Below the pieces are notes generated by a model that did not search any database, was not told the DNA's origin, and worked only from the letters and a program-made list of their open reading frames with translations. This document shows positions 11,231-21,804 of a stretch of 64,000 nt of DNA, one piece after another. Made by a program: the position numbers and the translations under genes. Location: positions 22,391 through 86,390 of the forward strand of contig CAJFCJ010000067.1 of NCBI GenBank assembly GCA_904063045.1, given 5' to 3'. The first letter of the stretch is position 1. Every line of letters starts with the position of its first letter. This stretch comes from Dimorphilus gyrociliatus (lineage: Eukaryota; Animalia; Annelida).

Positions 11231-11619
11231 TTAGCACAATCAGTACAGACTGGTAATCCCAAAAGTGCACACACACTTATAACCAAGCTTTGGCTAAGGG
11301 TTGGTGTAGCTGTTGAGGAGTTGCTATCTTGAGTAGCAATTCCCCAGCCTAAGCTGTAACTGTATCTCCAACAAAACCACGTACAAATTCTCCACAAGGG
11401 TGAAGAGAACCTGTATTTAGCAACTAACAAAATGTCACCAGATTAAAACTCACAATATTTCGGAGGTATTCCTCCTTTATCAAGTGAGAGGGGAAAAGTG
11501 GCTGGTTAGATTGCCACCAGACTGATCTCTGAGAGGCTTACTATACCTTAGGATAGGTACTGGTTTGATCCCACCCTTTATCTCGCTACAAATCACCTAT
11601 TTGGTGGTCAGTAAAGCAA

Positions 11620-13200
11620 GTCGACCACTGACGAAAGTTGAAATTTCAACTTGCTCCGATCGTTATGAAATTTTACACAGTGCTAGATCTAATTGAACTG
11701 AGCAACTGTGCAAAATTTGAACGAAATCGGCCCAGCGGTTGCGGAGCTATGGAGCTTTGAAGTTAACGGTGGTAGGTGAGGATGGCTGACTGGCAGCCTT
11801 AGACTCTATTACCAGTATCTCGACCCTACGTTCTATAGTAATTAGAGGGTAACCTTTCAAAAATCGCAGGTATAACAATCAGGTAAGTCACTTTTCATAA
11901 AATGTAACAGAAGAAGACCTAGATTCAATTCTATGTTCCTTCCTCTGTACATATATGGCCAATCCTATTTGCATGGGGCGGTCCAGAGCCCTATTCATTA
12001 CCGCACCATGAAATATAACTGAATCTAAGATAAGGGGTGATTTCACCTCCAATTTGGACTTAGAATATTTTTGAAAAATTTATCGACTTTTTTCAGTCAA
12101 AATATTTTTGGAAAATATTTTTTCCAAAATCTTTCCAAGTACCCAGGCGAATGTAACGTTTTTACAGGTAATTAACATGACAATGAACTTAGAAAATTAA
12201 TGATTTTCGCGAAATCTTTACAAATCCAGAGCCTCAGTGAAGGCCAATTTTTCAAAATCGTCGGATTGCTTTCAAACTTTAATCCAAGCTTGCCCCTACG
12301 TCGGAAAGATAGAAAAAAATATTGTACTGCTCTTGCTGGCAAAATCTATGCGTTTGCAAGTTATAACAATACTGGTTCTACTCGAACCTTTAAACAAATG
12401 TTTAAATTAAAATGGTTTATTCGCAATAATAATACTTAAGCAAGTAACAATATGAGAGTTCGATAGCAGAGTAGATAGTTTGTAAAAGCAGGTTGCCAAA
12501 TTACCAAACTGTCTTCTAATGTTGAGGAGTAGATGGATGGTTCCAGTGGAGGTTGTTTCCAGATGATTTTCCCAGGTCCTTGGGTCCAGATGGAAGCTGC
12601 ATGCCAAATGAGAATAATGAGAATTTATATACTTTGAGGTTTGTCTCTGACATCCAATCATCACTTTACAGTTGCCGAAATGTGTAGTTCATATTTATCT
12701 TTAGTAACAGGATGTTACAAGGTTCAACATTTAGGAAGGTTAATTGAATTATAACTTGGCCACACCCTAGGCAAGTTAATTAAATTATAACCTGGCCAAA
12801 CCTTTATTGGTAATTAAAGATGAGCCTTCAAGCTGACTAATCAGACTTATGTTTGGCCAATGTTATAGCATTTTCTTGCGTAGGTTTTAAGATGTACATG
12901 TATATGTTGCATAAAATAATAGAGTTCAAGCATGTAAAATATAACCAAAGTTGTACAATATTTTTATTTTTCTACCCGAACTCGGAAAATTTTCGATTTT
13001 TGAAGCTCAGCCACTCCTGAACCGTAAGAGCTACATGGTCGTGTAGCATATCAGTGAAAAGCTCTTTTCGAGCTCTATCACCTCCAACAAAATTGAAACG
13101 TCTAGGATGACGCATAACGAAACTCCTAAACGGCCCAGATTTGGGACATTTTTGTCACATCACTGATTTTTTTGGATCAAAACTAACTCTTTGATATATA
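11620..13200. mobile_element. Probable non-autonomous DNA-transposon-like repeat, interrupted by a solo LTR; boundaries uncertain
   Basis: Higher GC, internal palindromes (AAGTTGAAATTTCAACTT; GAAAAGCTCTTTTC), no coding capacity. Confidence 0.35.
12323..12957 (-). mobile_element. G2 solo LTR (635 bp) with ATAT target-site duplication
   Basis: TGTACT...TGTACA ends; ATAT at 12319-12322 and 12958-12961; same sequence flanked by PBS and PPT at 58.4-59.9 kb. Confidence 0.95.
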
Positions 13201-13389
13201 TATCCTTAGGGTACTATGTAGCATAAGGTCTGTAGACCCATGTTAAACTTTCAACCCCTTATATATATCAGACACACTTGTTCCTGTATGTAAGGAATAC
13301 ACTGAGAGATGGTTGAAGGTAGAGGTTATGGTTACATTAGACTGCTCATGTATGATTGTCAATGGGTTGTCTTTGTGTTGATTGGGAAA

Positions 13390-13767
13390 CCAGAAGGGAC
13401 CTTTTGTTGGGGAACTTTTGTTCACTGCCAACTGTCAACCATCTGTTCTCTCATAGAGAGGTGTCTCCCCACAAATTACCCCATTCTTTATTATTTAACA
13501 ATTGTTCAGAACAGGTCCCATGTCTGTCCAGTCTGTACCTTCTTCTCTGCTGAGTTAAGTGTTGGTTCCATTATCTTAGGTTAGGGTTAGTTGTAAAGTT
13601 TCACTAATTTGTATCTTTTTAGGGGGCTATAGCTTAGGGTTAGGATATAAGAACCAGATGTGGTGTTTTTGTTGGGGAACTGTTTGTTCACTGCCAACTA
13701 CCACAACCCATTCCCCATTAAAGAGGTGTTCAATCCCTACTCAGCCAATAATTAGCCCTATTAATTT
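13390..13767. repeat. Two divergent tandem modules (TTTTGTTGGGGAAC...GTTCACTGCCAACT) with TTAGGG units, at the 3' end of the Penelope element
   Basis: 13400-13480 resembles 13666-13740; TTAGGTTAGGGTTAG at ~13576; related motif at 16540-16583. Confidence 0.6.
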
Positions 13768-16408
13768 TCATTCACTGTCAATTTCTCTCTGTATCTCCAA
13801 TAGGAGATTAATACCTGCAAAACTACTATCCTGATCATCCCCCACCCAGCTATTGGCCATGGTGAGAATTGTGTTATTGCTGTTGTCCAGGCTCTCTATG
13901 TTATTCACAATAGAGAATTTGTTTTGTGGTCTATTGAAGACTGTTTTAATATGCCACCATGGGGATGGCCAACATTCTAATAGATTCAGAGTGTTGGTAT
14001 TATCCTCTTGAGGTGGACCTTCAGTTCTTCCCTTTACTATAAGGCTACCCAATGATCTCCCCAGTTTCAAGGCAATAATAGGCCTAATCGCTTTCAATGG
14101 ACTGTCATCATTAAGAGCACTCCAGTGGTCCTTAAGTATTCTATTTAGTTTATACCAAGGACTTGGATGGTAGACAACCAGTGGTACTATAGTAGTACTG
14201 TAGCAACCATGATCCTCATTTAAGCCATACGGAGTAACTGTATTAGCCTCTTTGATGTACCTTGCTTCCAAAGTCTGTAGGGTCTTCTCTCTGTTAGGAT
14301 CTTCCTCAGGAATGGAATCACAGACCCAGTAAGTCATCTGATCTATTCCATGTTTTCGAAAATGATCAGAGACCAATTTATTGGATCCATTCCTCACATC
14401 CCCTTTATGGTTGTTGATCCTATCTCTTAGAGTTCTAGTGGTAAGACCCACATACTGTATTTCACATAGGGTACATTGGATAATGTAAATTATCCAACTA
14501 GAGGTACAGTCAAAGTCTCCCTTGACTCTGAACCATTGGTTGCTGCCAGTTGATTGCCATGTGTTAGTTTTCCTAACCTTCAGACACACTAGGCATCTCC
14601 TACCATTGCATGGTTTCATACCTTCAAATTCTTGCCTCTCAATTTCAATCCTCTTAGTGGCTTTTAGCCATGCCTCTTTGAACATTGATTTGGTATAGCC
14701 CAGATCTTTGTTTAAATTCCTAAGATCATTGAGTTGTCCCTTTGCTGTATCAATTTTTGAGCAATTTCTGAGATACCTAAGAGCTTGTGCAAATAAAATT
14801 CCTTTAATGGTGTGTTTGGGATGTGCAGACTTGGGGTTAAGTAGTCTTCTACTGTCTGTAGGTTTAAAATGAGTTTTGAACACTAGAGGATTGAGTTGAA
14901 TCTCCAAATCTAGAAAGATGGTTGTGTTACCAGCCTCAGATCTGGTTAGACTAATACCCTCATTTCTGTTGTTAAGATAGTTCCAGAACTCTCTCAACCT
15001 GTCATCCTCTCCTACAGTATCACTACTCTCCTTTCTCCACACAATGAGTATATCATCAATGTACCTTCTATACACTAATAGGTGTTCTTTGTAGATGGTA
15101 TATACATCCTCCTCCCAAACCCCTAGGACTATATTTGCATAAGCTGGACTAAAGCTAACTCCCATTGCAGTGCCTTTTATTTGCAAGTATCTTTCACCTT
15201 CAAATACAAAGTCATTGCTTTTTAGGCAGATCTGCAAAAGTTTAAGGATAGCCTCATCTGGTCTATTATCTTTTGGCCAGTTGTACAGTTGCTTGGCTAT
15301 GCATTGTAGTCCCCAATCAGGATCAATGCTAGGGTATAGGGCATCTACATCTGCAGTTTGTATAATTGTATATATGGATAGAGGAGAGGTGTCTGCAGAT
15401 ATCCTGTGCATTTTTAGTGTATGCTCTACACACCATAGCCAATGGTTGTAGCCAAGCATCTAACCAACAGGAGAGAGGGTGTAAATCACTCCCTCTGTAA
15501 CAAACAACTGGTCTCCCTGGTGGCATCCTATTAGGGATTGTCCACCTTTCCTTATGAATCTTTGGGAGAAGATAAAAATACCTATCTGTGGCTTCTAATT
15601 TTGGGCTAAGCTTTTTCATCATCCTATTTGTAAGGAAGTCCTCCTTGTTGAGGTTGGAGAGGATGGAGATGATTTCAGAATGTCTGGATTTTGAAATGGG
15701 AAAGGAGACCTTTTTGTAGGTGTTGTTATCAGACAGTTGTCTGTTGGCCTCTATTAAATAGTCTCTTTTGTTCAAGATAACAATATTGTTGCCTTTGTCT
15801 GCAGGTTTAATGATGATATCATCTTTGTTGCAGACTGTTTCAACAGATGTTTGAAATCTTGAACTAGGACCATTTTGGTGAAGGTAGCCATACCTTTCAC
15901 TCAACCCATTTATGGTTTCACAACCTTTATTCCATATGTTATTCTTGAAATCATTCCATACTGGGGTATCTTCTCCATCTATTGGAGGATCTTCCTTTAT
16001 AACGGTCTTGTCAGTTTGACTCACTTTAGCAAAGGGGTTTACCCTATAAGTAAAGGGACCCACATCTTTGTGTTTCACTAGTCTATGTAGGAAGGATGCT
16101 AATCCCTCTTTCCAATTCTTAGTGATCCACTGTTTCCTGGTGGATTTGTAATCAATATTAATGTATTTCAGACCTTTATTCAAGGTCTGAATGACTGGAT
16201 CAGGAACATTCCAATCTGAATAGTTTAAAAGCAAACTATCTCTACTATCTATGCTATGATTAATACCATTATAGTCATTGCTGTACAAATGAACTGGATT
16301 GGCACAATTGTTAGAGTGCTCCAAGTTCCTATCTATTTTGGCTTGGGTTTTCCCCTTTCTAGATTGTTTAAATTCCTCCTTCCTGTTTTGTTGACAGTAC
16401 TGGCAGGG
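13768..16408 (-). mobile_element. Penelope-like element (RT plus GIY-YIG endonuclease), Neptune-like, 5'-truncated, one frameshift
   Basis: IIIKPADKGNNIVIL, YLLPKIHK, PGRPVV, TADVDALYPSI, KGTAMG, RYIDD, FLD, KPTD, HPKH; Cys linker CNGRRCLVC; EN WIIYIIQCTLCEIQYVGLTTRTLRDRINNH...VSDHF; frameshift at ~15370 in a TA run; frame open up to 16408. Confidence 0.93.
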
Positions 16409-16583
16409 TTAGGTTAGGGTTAGGTTAGAAAATTTGGAAAATCATTTAGATATAATTCATTATTTTGATTATTTTTTTATTTCTAGAATTAGTATTCAAA
16501 CCTGGCATTAAACAATATAGCATTCATTTGAATTGTCTGTGGGGACATTTTCTGTTGGGGATGTTTTCTGTCAGCCCCACTGA
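16405..16583 (+). repeat. Imperfect telomere-like tract plus the shared terminal motif
   Basis: AGGGTTAGGTTAGGGTTAGGTTAG at 16405-16428; TTTTCTGTCAGCCCCAC at ~16564-16580 is the near reverse complement of 11025-11041. Confidence 0.6.
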
Positions 16584-16761
16584 TAATATCTGTATCATTG
16601 TTATTTAATTTAAAAACTTTTAAATCAATTGCTTTTAATATTCTCTCTGAAATGTCAAGTTCTTGGAGAGTTACTTTATATTTACATTTTTCGTTTTCAT
16701 TGATATTTTTTAGGTTAATTGTGTCAATAGATTTTGAATTTCTAAGAAACTGTTTAATAGT

Positions 16762-17400
16762 TTGGAAATTAAATCATCACTAAGAAAGGCCAATGTCACA
16801 GAAATACAAGATATTTTAACATATAATGATTGGTATAGAGATGGTGAGAAAACCTACCATATGCTGATAAAAGATCATGCAACACCATTAGTGAGGACTT
16901 GGTTGGTCAAAGAAATTATTTCTCCAGACATCTGGGATATTCACAACAAATACATACTAAAAATGCTGAAAACAACAAAGCTAAAACCTGCTGGACTAGT
17001 AAGATCACAAGAGTTTGAATTGGACAAAAAACCAGTTACTTTCAACCCACTCCGAAACATAAACATTTGGTATCAAAGCCCAAAAGATACACTTTTACAA
17101 AGAAAACCAATAAATCTAGGATTACTAGGATAGAAGAGTATATTCCAACAAAGAAAGTGACTTTTGAAAATCTTATACAAAGAAGAATTGATGAAGAGAT
17201 GCCTGACAAACAGTAAGAATGGAAAATTATAATGTTAACTACAAGAGATAAGTATGGGATATGTTCATACTTTTCCATTCTTACAACCATAATTATGGAA
17301 AGTGACAATAAAATTGATCTGTCTACCATCAACATGCAATTGGAACAAGAAAAAGACACTAACCTAATCTTAATAGAAGACTATTTGACATGCAATGCAT
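16762..17400 (+). pseudogene. Scrambled G2-related fragments: env middle region, then the RNaseH-integrase connection
   Basis: TYNDWYRD...EIISPDIWDIHNKYILKML...NIWYQSP aligns with env SLNQWYRE...QPISPSYWELDNYYIQEML...GIWYKGP; IEEYIPTKKVTFENLI...KIDLSTINMQLEQEKD aligns with LEEYTPPRKVTFEELI...KIDLSSVDLQSEQEKD. Confidence 0.7.
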
Positions 17401-17450
17401 AACTTCTGTCACCCTATTTTGGAACCTTTACTCCATTTGTGATGGATATG

Positions 17451-17716
17451 TGTACTTTGTTGTATTGTAATTGTTGGAAGTTCTGCTTCAGAACAGTATT
17501 TGTCCTCTTTAATCATTTATCAATTCAGCAAAGTACTCAAACAAATAAAACCTTTTAAGTTCATCCACAATCAGTGTCAAAAAATGTAATTTTGATAGAA
17601 ATTAAACAACAAAACAACAGTATTTTGTCCAAAGGTTATATATTGAGTAAATGAGTATCTAGTTCTAAACAAGTAAGTTTAAACAGCCAGCTAATGGTTA
17701 AAGAACTGAACTAACA
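17451..17716 (-). repeat. Short (266 bp) G1-related LTR or LTR 3' portion
   Basis: TGTACTTTGTTG...GAACTGAACTAACA, homologous to 4621-4889; TG...CA ends; no TSD seen. Confidence 0.7.
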
Positions 17717-17858
17717 AGCTGGGGAAATGTATTTCCTTTTATACATTTGCCAAAGAATTAGGAGGGCAAAATATAGCAGTCTCATAATCCACAAGTAACA
17801 AAAATATCAAAGACTATTATATCACACATATAGATTACAATGATGGGATGAACACCAC

Positions 17859-18110
17859 ATGACCAACATGTGCCACTGCAGCACAGACAGATCTTATTAT
17901 TCATTTCTTGTATTTACATTACCAAATTTAATAATAATTTTAACAATTTCAATTCTCTACTTGAGAATTAGTTTAAAAGTAAAAAGGAATGAAAAACGCT
18001 TAAAAGGTTCAAAAAATGTTAGTATTGATATCTCAATCACAATCTATTTAATCATTGCAACCAACTTTATCTCATGACTTCCAATATTGATACTCGGATA
18101 GAATTCTAAT
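17859..18110 (+). pseudogene. Rhodopsin-class GPCR TM5-TM6 fragment
   Basis: YSFLVFTLPNLIIILTISILYLRI...basic loop...IYLIIATNFIS*LPILILG, with TGA replacing W of the TM6 WxP motif. Confidence 0.5.
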
Positions 18111-19618
18111 TTCTTTAGGCCTAGCTGACATTAATTACGAAAATGTAGGTCTTTTGTCAACAATCATAAAAATTTCAATTACCAATTTTGTATATTTTGT
18201 ATTGATTGTAACGTTAATTCCAATTAATTCGACGCTAAATCTTTTCTGTGTCTGAGTTCTATTCAATGAGAAGGAGAGAAAAGAAGAAAATTGCAATAAG
18301 GAGGTAAGATTTTCCCTTTTGTAATCTATTAAAAGAGGCCTTTGTGCTCTTTTTACAAAGAGTGCAATACAAAAATAAACAGGCTAGAAGAAGTTGTTTC
18401 TGCAATGAATACAGTCAGAGAAGAGTGTAAATTTTTGCATGTCTAATTTATCATCTTTCATCTTTTACCCCAATTTTCCAATATTCTCTAGGTGTAACAT
18501 TTTTTAAGGATCAAGGACAGTATTATTTGTTTCTTGGATCTACTCCAAATAGGACTAAGTTAACAATTGACAATTACTTCTTTAGAAAACTTTTATATTT
18601 TAAATGTATTATGGACATTGTAAAGGCGATATATTTGGCTCATAAAATCTCATTTGCCTTTAATGGAAAGTTTAGAATTGAAGATATATTTGTGCAGGTA
18701 AAGAATCATTTAAGGGGGCGATTATTCTCAAAGCTCAATGCTATCAACTGTTCTAGGAAGGTAAAAAGGTAGGAGAATGGGTGTTTTACCTCTATCCAAA
18801 AGAATTAAAGCCTATGAAAGATTCTCTGAGGGCTAATGACATGAACTCGCTTGGAATTATGATAAAAACTGTATTGCAGAGAAAAATAAAATATATTTAA
18901 TAGACTGCCCAACCAGTTCCACTAGGCCCAATCCTTAAATGAGAAACCCTTCAGAGTATAAGTGGCCAGAAAGTATGATTACTACTTTTATTCTTATCCT
19001 TTAAAGAGTCGCATTGATAGGCATTTTCCATAATTCTCTGTCAATAGTTATTACCCTCATTTTTTCAACTTCAATTTCTTTTTTGTCTGTGTTTTGCCCG
19101 ATAGGTGGCGTACACACATCATTCTGTCTAAAATCTTTACTCAATCCGAACTTGGTTTCATCACTTGTCCATACAACTGCCAAAACCTAAATAATATACA
19201 ATTAAGCCAATGAAAATTCATTGAGAACTACAAGCAATTTGTGGGATTCAGACAGTTGACCCCCAATATTATTATAAATAAATGTGTAGATATATTATTA
19301 TAATTTAGGTTGTAGAAAGTTGTTTGAAAGAATATTTTATATAATCAATTTATTTGTATTTAATTTTTTTAAATTTAGAAATTTTTGATAATTTTTTGTG
19401 ATTATTTAAATTATTAATATTATATTGTAGATTATATATAAATGTTGACTGTTGTCAAAGTATTAATTTTTCATGTGTGACTTTGGTTTCTAATACCATT
19501 TAATTATCCTAATATTCCAACAATTTCTAACAATAAATTTCAAACATTAATGAAAGAAGAGTAAGAGCAGGTAAAACTGCAGAATAGGACTAATTAACAA
19601 GCAGTAACAAAATTCCAA

Positions 19619-20653
19619 CTATTGCAGTAAAGTACATTGTTTAAAAAAATCACATAAATAAATTGTTTCATTATTATTTAGATTACAAGAAGAAAAGTCT
19701 ACTTTTATTAGGGAAGAAGCTGAAAGTTTTAATCCATCAATAATCTCTTTAAATCCTTTCTGAATGTTTTCATTTCCTTTCAAATTGATCTCTTGTAGTT
19801 TTGTACATTTTGTTAATAAATTACCTAAATGTAAAGCTTCTTTCTCAAAGAGATTGCAGTGTGAAAAGTTTATTTTTGATAAAGTGGAACACGATGATTG
19901 TAAGCCAATGCAAACTTGCTCAAAGTCTTCTCGAATATCTGTATTATGTTCCAAATTGACCTCTGCCAGCTGTGTGCATTCGAATAATAACTCACTTAGC
20001 CATAAACTTTGCTCAGAAAAACAAATGCATTGTGGGAAGCCAATTATTGATAAAGAATTAGATGAAGACTTTAATCCACTACAAATACTTTCAAATCCTT
20101 TCTTACAATCATTGTCTTTTATCAATGAAGGAAAATTTTTATTTAGTAATTTCTTTTTTTTAGTTTGTCCAAAATCTCGTCCTATCTGGTGTTTGTAGAT
20201 ATCCATTTGTTTGAATTTCAATTTGAATGATTTTAAATATTGACACTGTGCTAGTGAATTTCCTAATTCAAAATAACAATTTATATCAAATATACAGTCT
20301 ATGATTTCAAGATGTGTAATCATTGTATCAACATATAGATTTTGTTTTAAATTAATATCACACATCAATAAAGTCTTTATTGGGTGATTATGTAGAAAAT
20401 TTAAAGTTCTTCTCCCTGGAAATTTACTGGGGTAGAGTGAAATTTCAGACAACTGTAAACAGTTAGCTGTAAAAAATTCTAATTCATTTTCCAAAAAGGG
20501 ATTTGAAGATGTCGAACAACAATATTGAAAGATTATATTACTTATTCTTCTTGGTAAAGGATCACTGTACTGTCTTTTGAAGATTTTGCTCATATTACCA
20601 AGCCTACTTTGTATCAATCTCAAAACTAGAGTTTCCAGACTTGAAATACACAT
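19619..20653 (-). CDS. Leucine-rich-repeat protein (RI/NLR-like LRRs); may be partial or a pseudogene
   Basis: Repeated LxEINLxxNxxIxxxFxxICxGLxxSxxSLxKIxFSxCNL-type units (LAEVNLEHNTDIREDFEQVCIGLQSSCSTLSKINFSHCNL; LQEINLKGNENIQKGFKEIIDGLKLSASSLIKVDFSSCNL). Confidence 0.75.
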   Translation of the reverse strand: MCISSLETLVLRLIQSRLGNMSKIFKRQYSDPLPRRISNIIFQYCCSTSSNPFLENELEFFTANCLQLSEISLYPSKFPGRRTLNFLHNHPIKTLLMCDINLKQNLYVDTMITHLEIIDCIFDINCYFELGNSLAQCQYLKSFKLKFKQMDIYKHQIGRDFGQTKKKKLLNKNFPSLIKDNDCKKGFESICSGLKSSSNSLSIIGFPQCICFSEQSLWLSELLFECTQLAEVNLEHNTDIREDFEQVCIGLQSSCSTLSKINFSHCNLFEKEALHLGNLLTKCTKLQEINLKGNENIQKGFKEIIDGLKLSASSLIKVDFSSCNLNNNETIYLCDFFKQCTLLQ

Positions 20654-21009
20654 TTTTCATATAAACTATGTTGTGGTTTTATGGACACTGCTTTTTATTG
20701 GAATACTATTCAGTAATTTAACAAAATGATTCCAAAAATATCTCTGGCATTGTCCTCAAAAAAAGTGTAAAAAAAGACAAAAAATGTAATTAAAGTTATT
20801 CATTTCCAATCAAAATTAGTAAAATCAATTTAGAAAACAGTAAATATTCACTACGAGGTGTAAAATAATTTTCAAGACATTTTAGGTATCTGTCTTTCCA
20901 ATTTCCCCCATTAGTGGTTTATGGGTTTATGCACAAATGTAGGCTGTCAAGTTGTCACACTTGTTGATTGTCAAAATTTATTATCATCGCCATTCTTTCA
21001 TTTTTTTAC

Positions 21010-21795
21010 CTGAAATAATTTCTTTTAAGCTGTCTTATTCTTGGATCCCATGAATGCAAACAGTAGTGGAACTTGTTTCATCTCTCTATGTTTTTTGATG
21101 AACCTATGAACTGTGAACAATTGGTGAAATGCGTCTCTGACATATTAAAATGAGCCATTTAAAAACCATATCTTTCCCTTGGATAATAGCTCTTTGTTTT
21201 GTAGTTGATAGAATTATTATTCTGTCATCTTTCATTTTAATATCTTTTACCAAAAACTCATCTTAAATACATGATATTTCAAAATTTGAATGAATAGCTG
21301 TGAGCTCTTCTTGCTGAAATCTCCTTTTTGTCCAATTTGCTAACCTAGCATAGTTATCCATAAATGTAGTAGATTCTTCAGAATTGCAGTGATGTTTAAA
21401 TACTTCCTCAGCCAAACATTTCTCTGAAAGAGAATGTTTCAGTTTGTTTCACAAAATTTTTTAATTTTTGTTTTTATTAAAATTTTTTTCCAATCCATCT
21501 TCTCTTTTATGGGAATGAGGTGTTTTTCCAGGATAGAATTGATCTTCCAATTGATTGACACTTGCTGGGCATTTGCTGCTCTTATTGCTTACACTGCAAA
21601 ATGTTTTTGTTGATCTTTTCATCTTTACTGTAAATATGTATCCATCAAAGACAAATAATCTTTGCCTTTTTGACTCATCAGAATTTATGAAAGAATTTTC
21701 CATCAAATTATTTGTATCTTCCACAAGATTTTCTGTTGTTACCTCAATATTACACTGAATCATTAGATCTGTGCTGTTGTAGTCAACAATAACAA
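21010..21795 (-). pseudogene. Degenerate FLYWCH-MULE transposase, host of the nested MULE
   Basis: LFVFDGYIF...CPASVNQ...FYPGKTPHSH (FLYWCH); FAFMGSKNKTA*KKLFQ|GT matches the intact copy, including the intron position. Confidence 0.7.
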
Positions 21796-21804
21796 AATTA
21801 TCAA

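Noticed and set aside
11615-11680. CTGACGA followed by a perfect hairpin near the Penelope element, a possible hammerhead ribozyme (also CTGATGA on the minus strand at ~10405)
   Set aside because: The required GAAA after helix II and a closing helix III are absent by eye; an Infernal/RNAMotif scan would be decisive.
12407-12664. 85-aa ORF (MMIGCQRQTSK...) repeated in every G2 LTR, in frame with gag but separated by one TAA
   Set aside because: Conservation is explained by recent LTR copying, and the diverged copy at ~25.1-25.3 kb has stops in this frame; no evidence it is translated.
18200-19200. Possible degraded coding fragments downstream of the LRR ORF
   Set aside because: Multiple stops in all frames and no recognisable domain.
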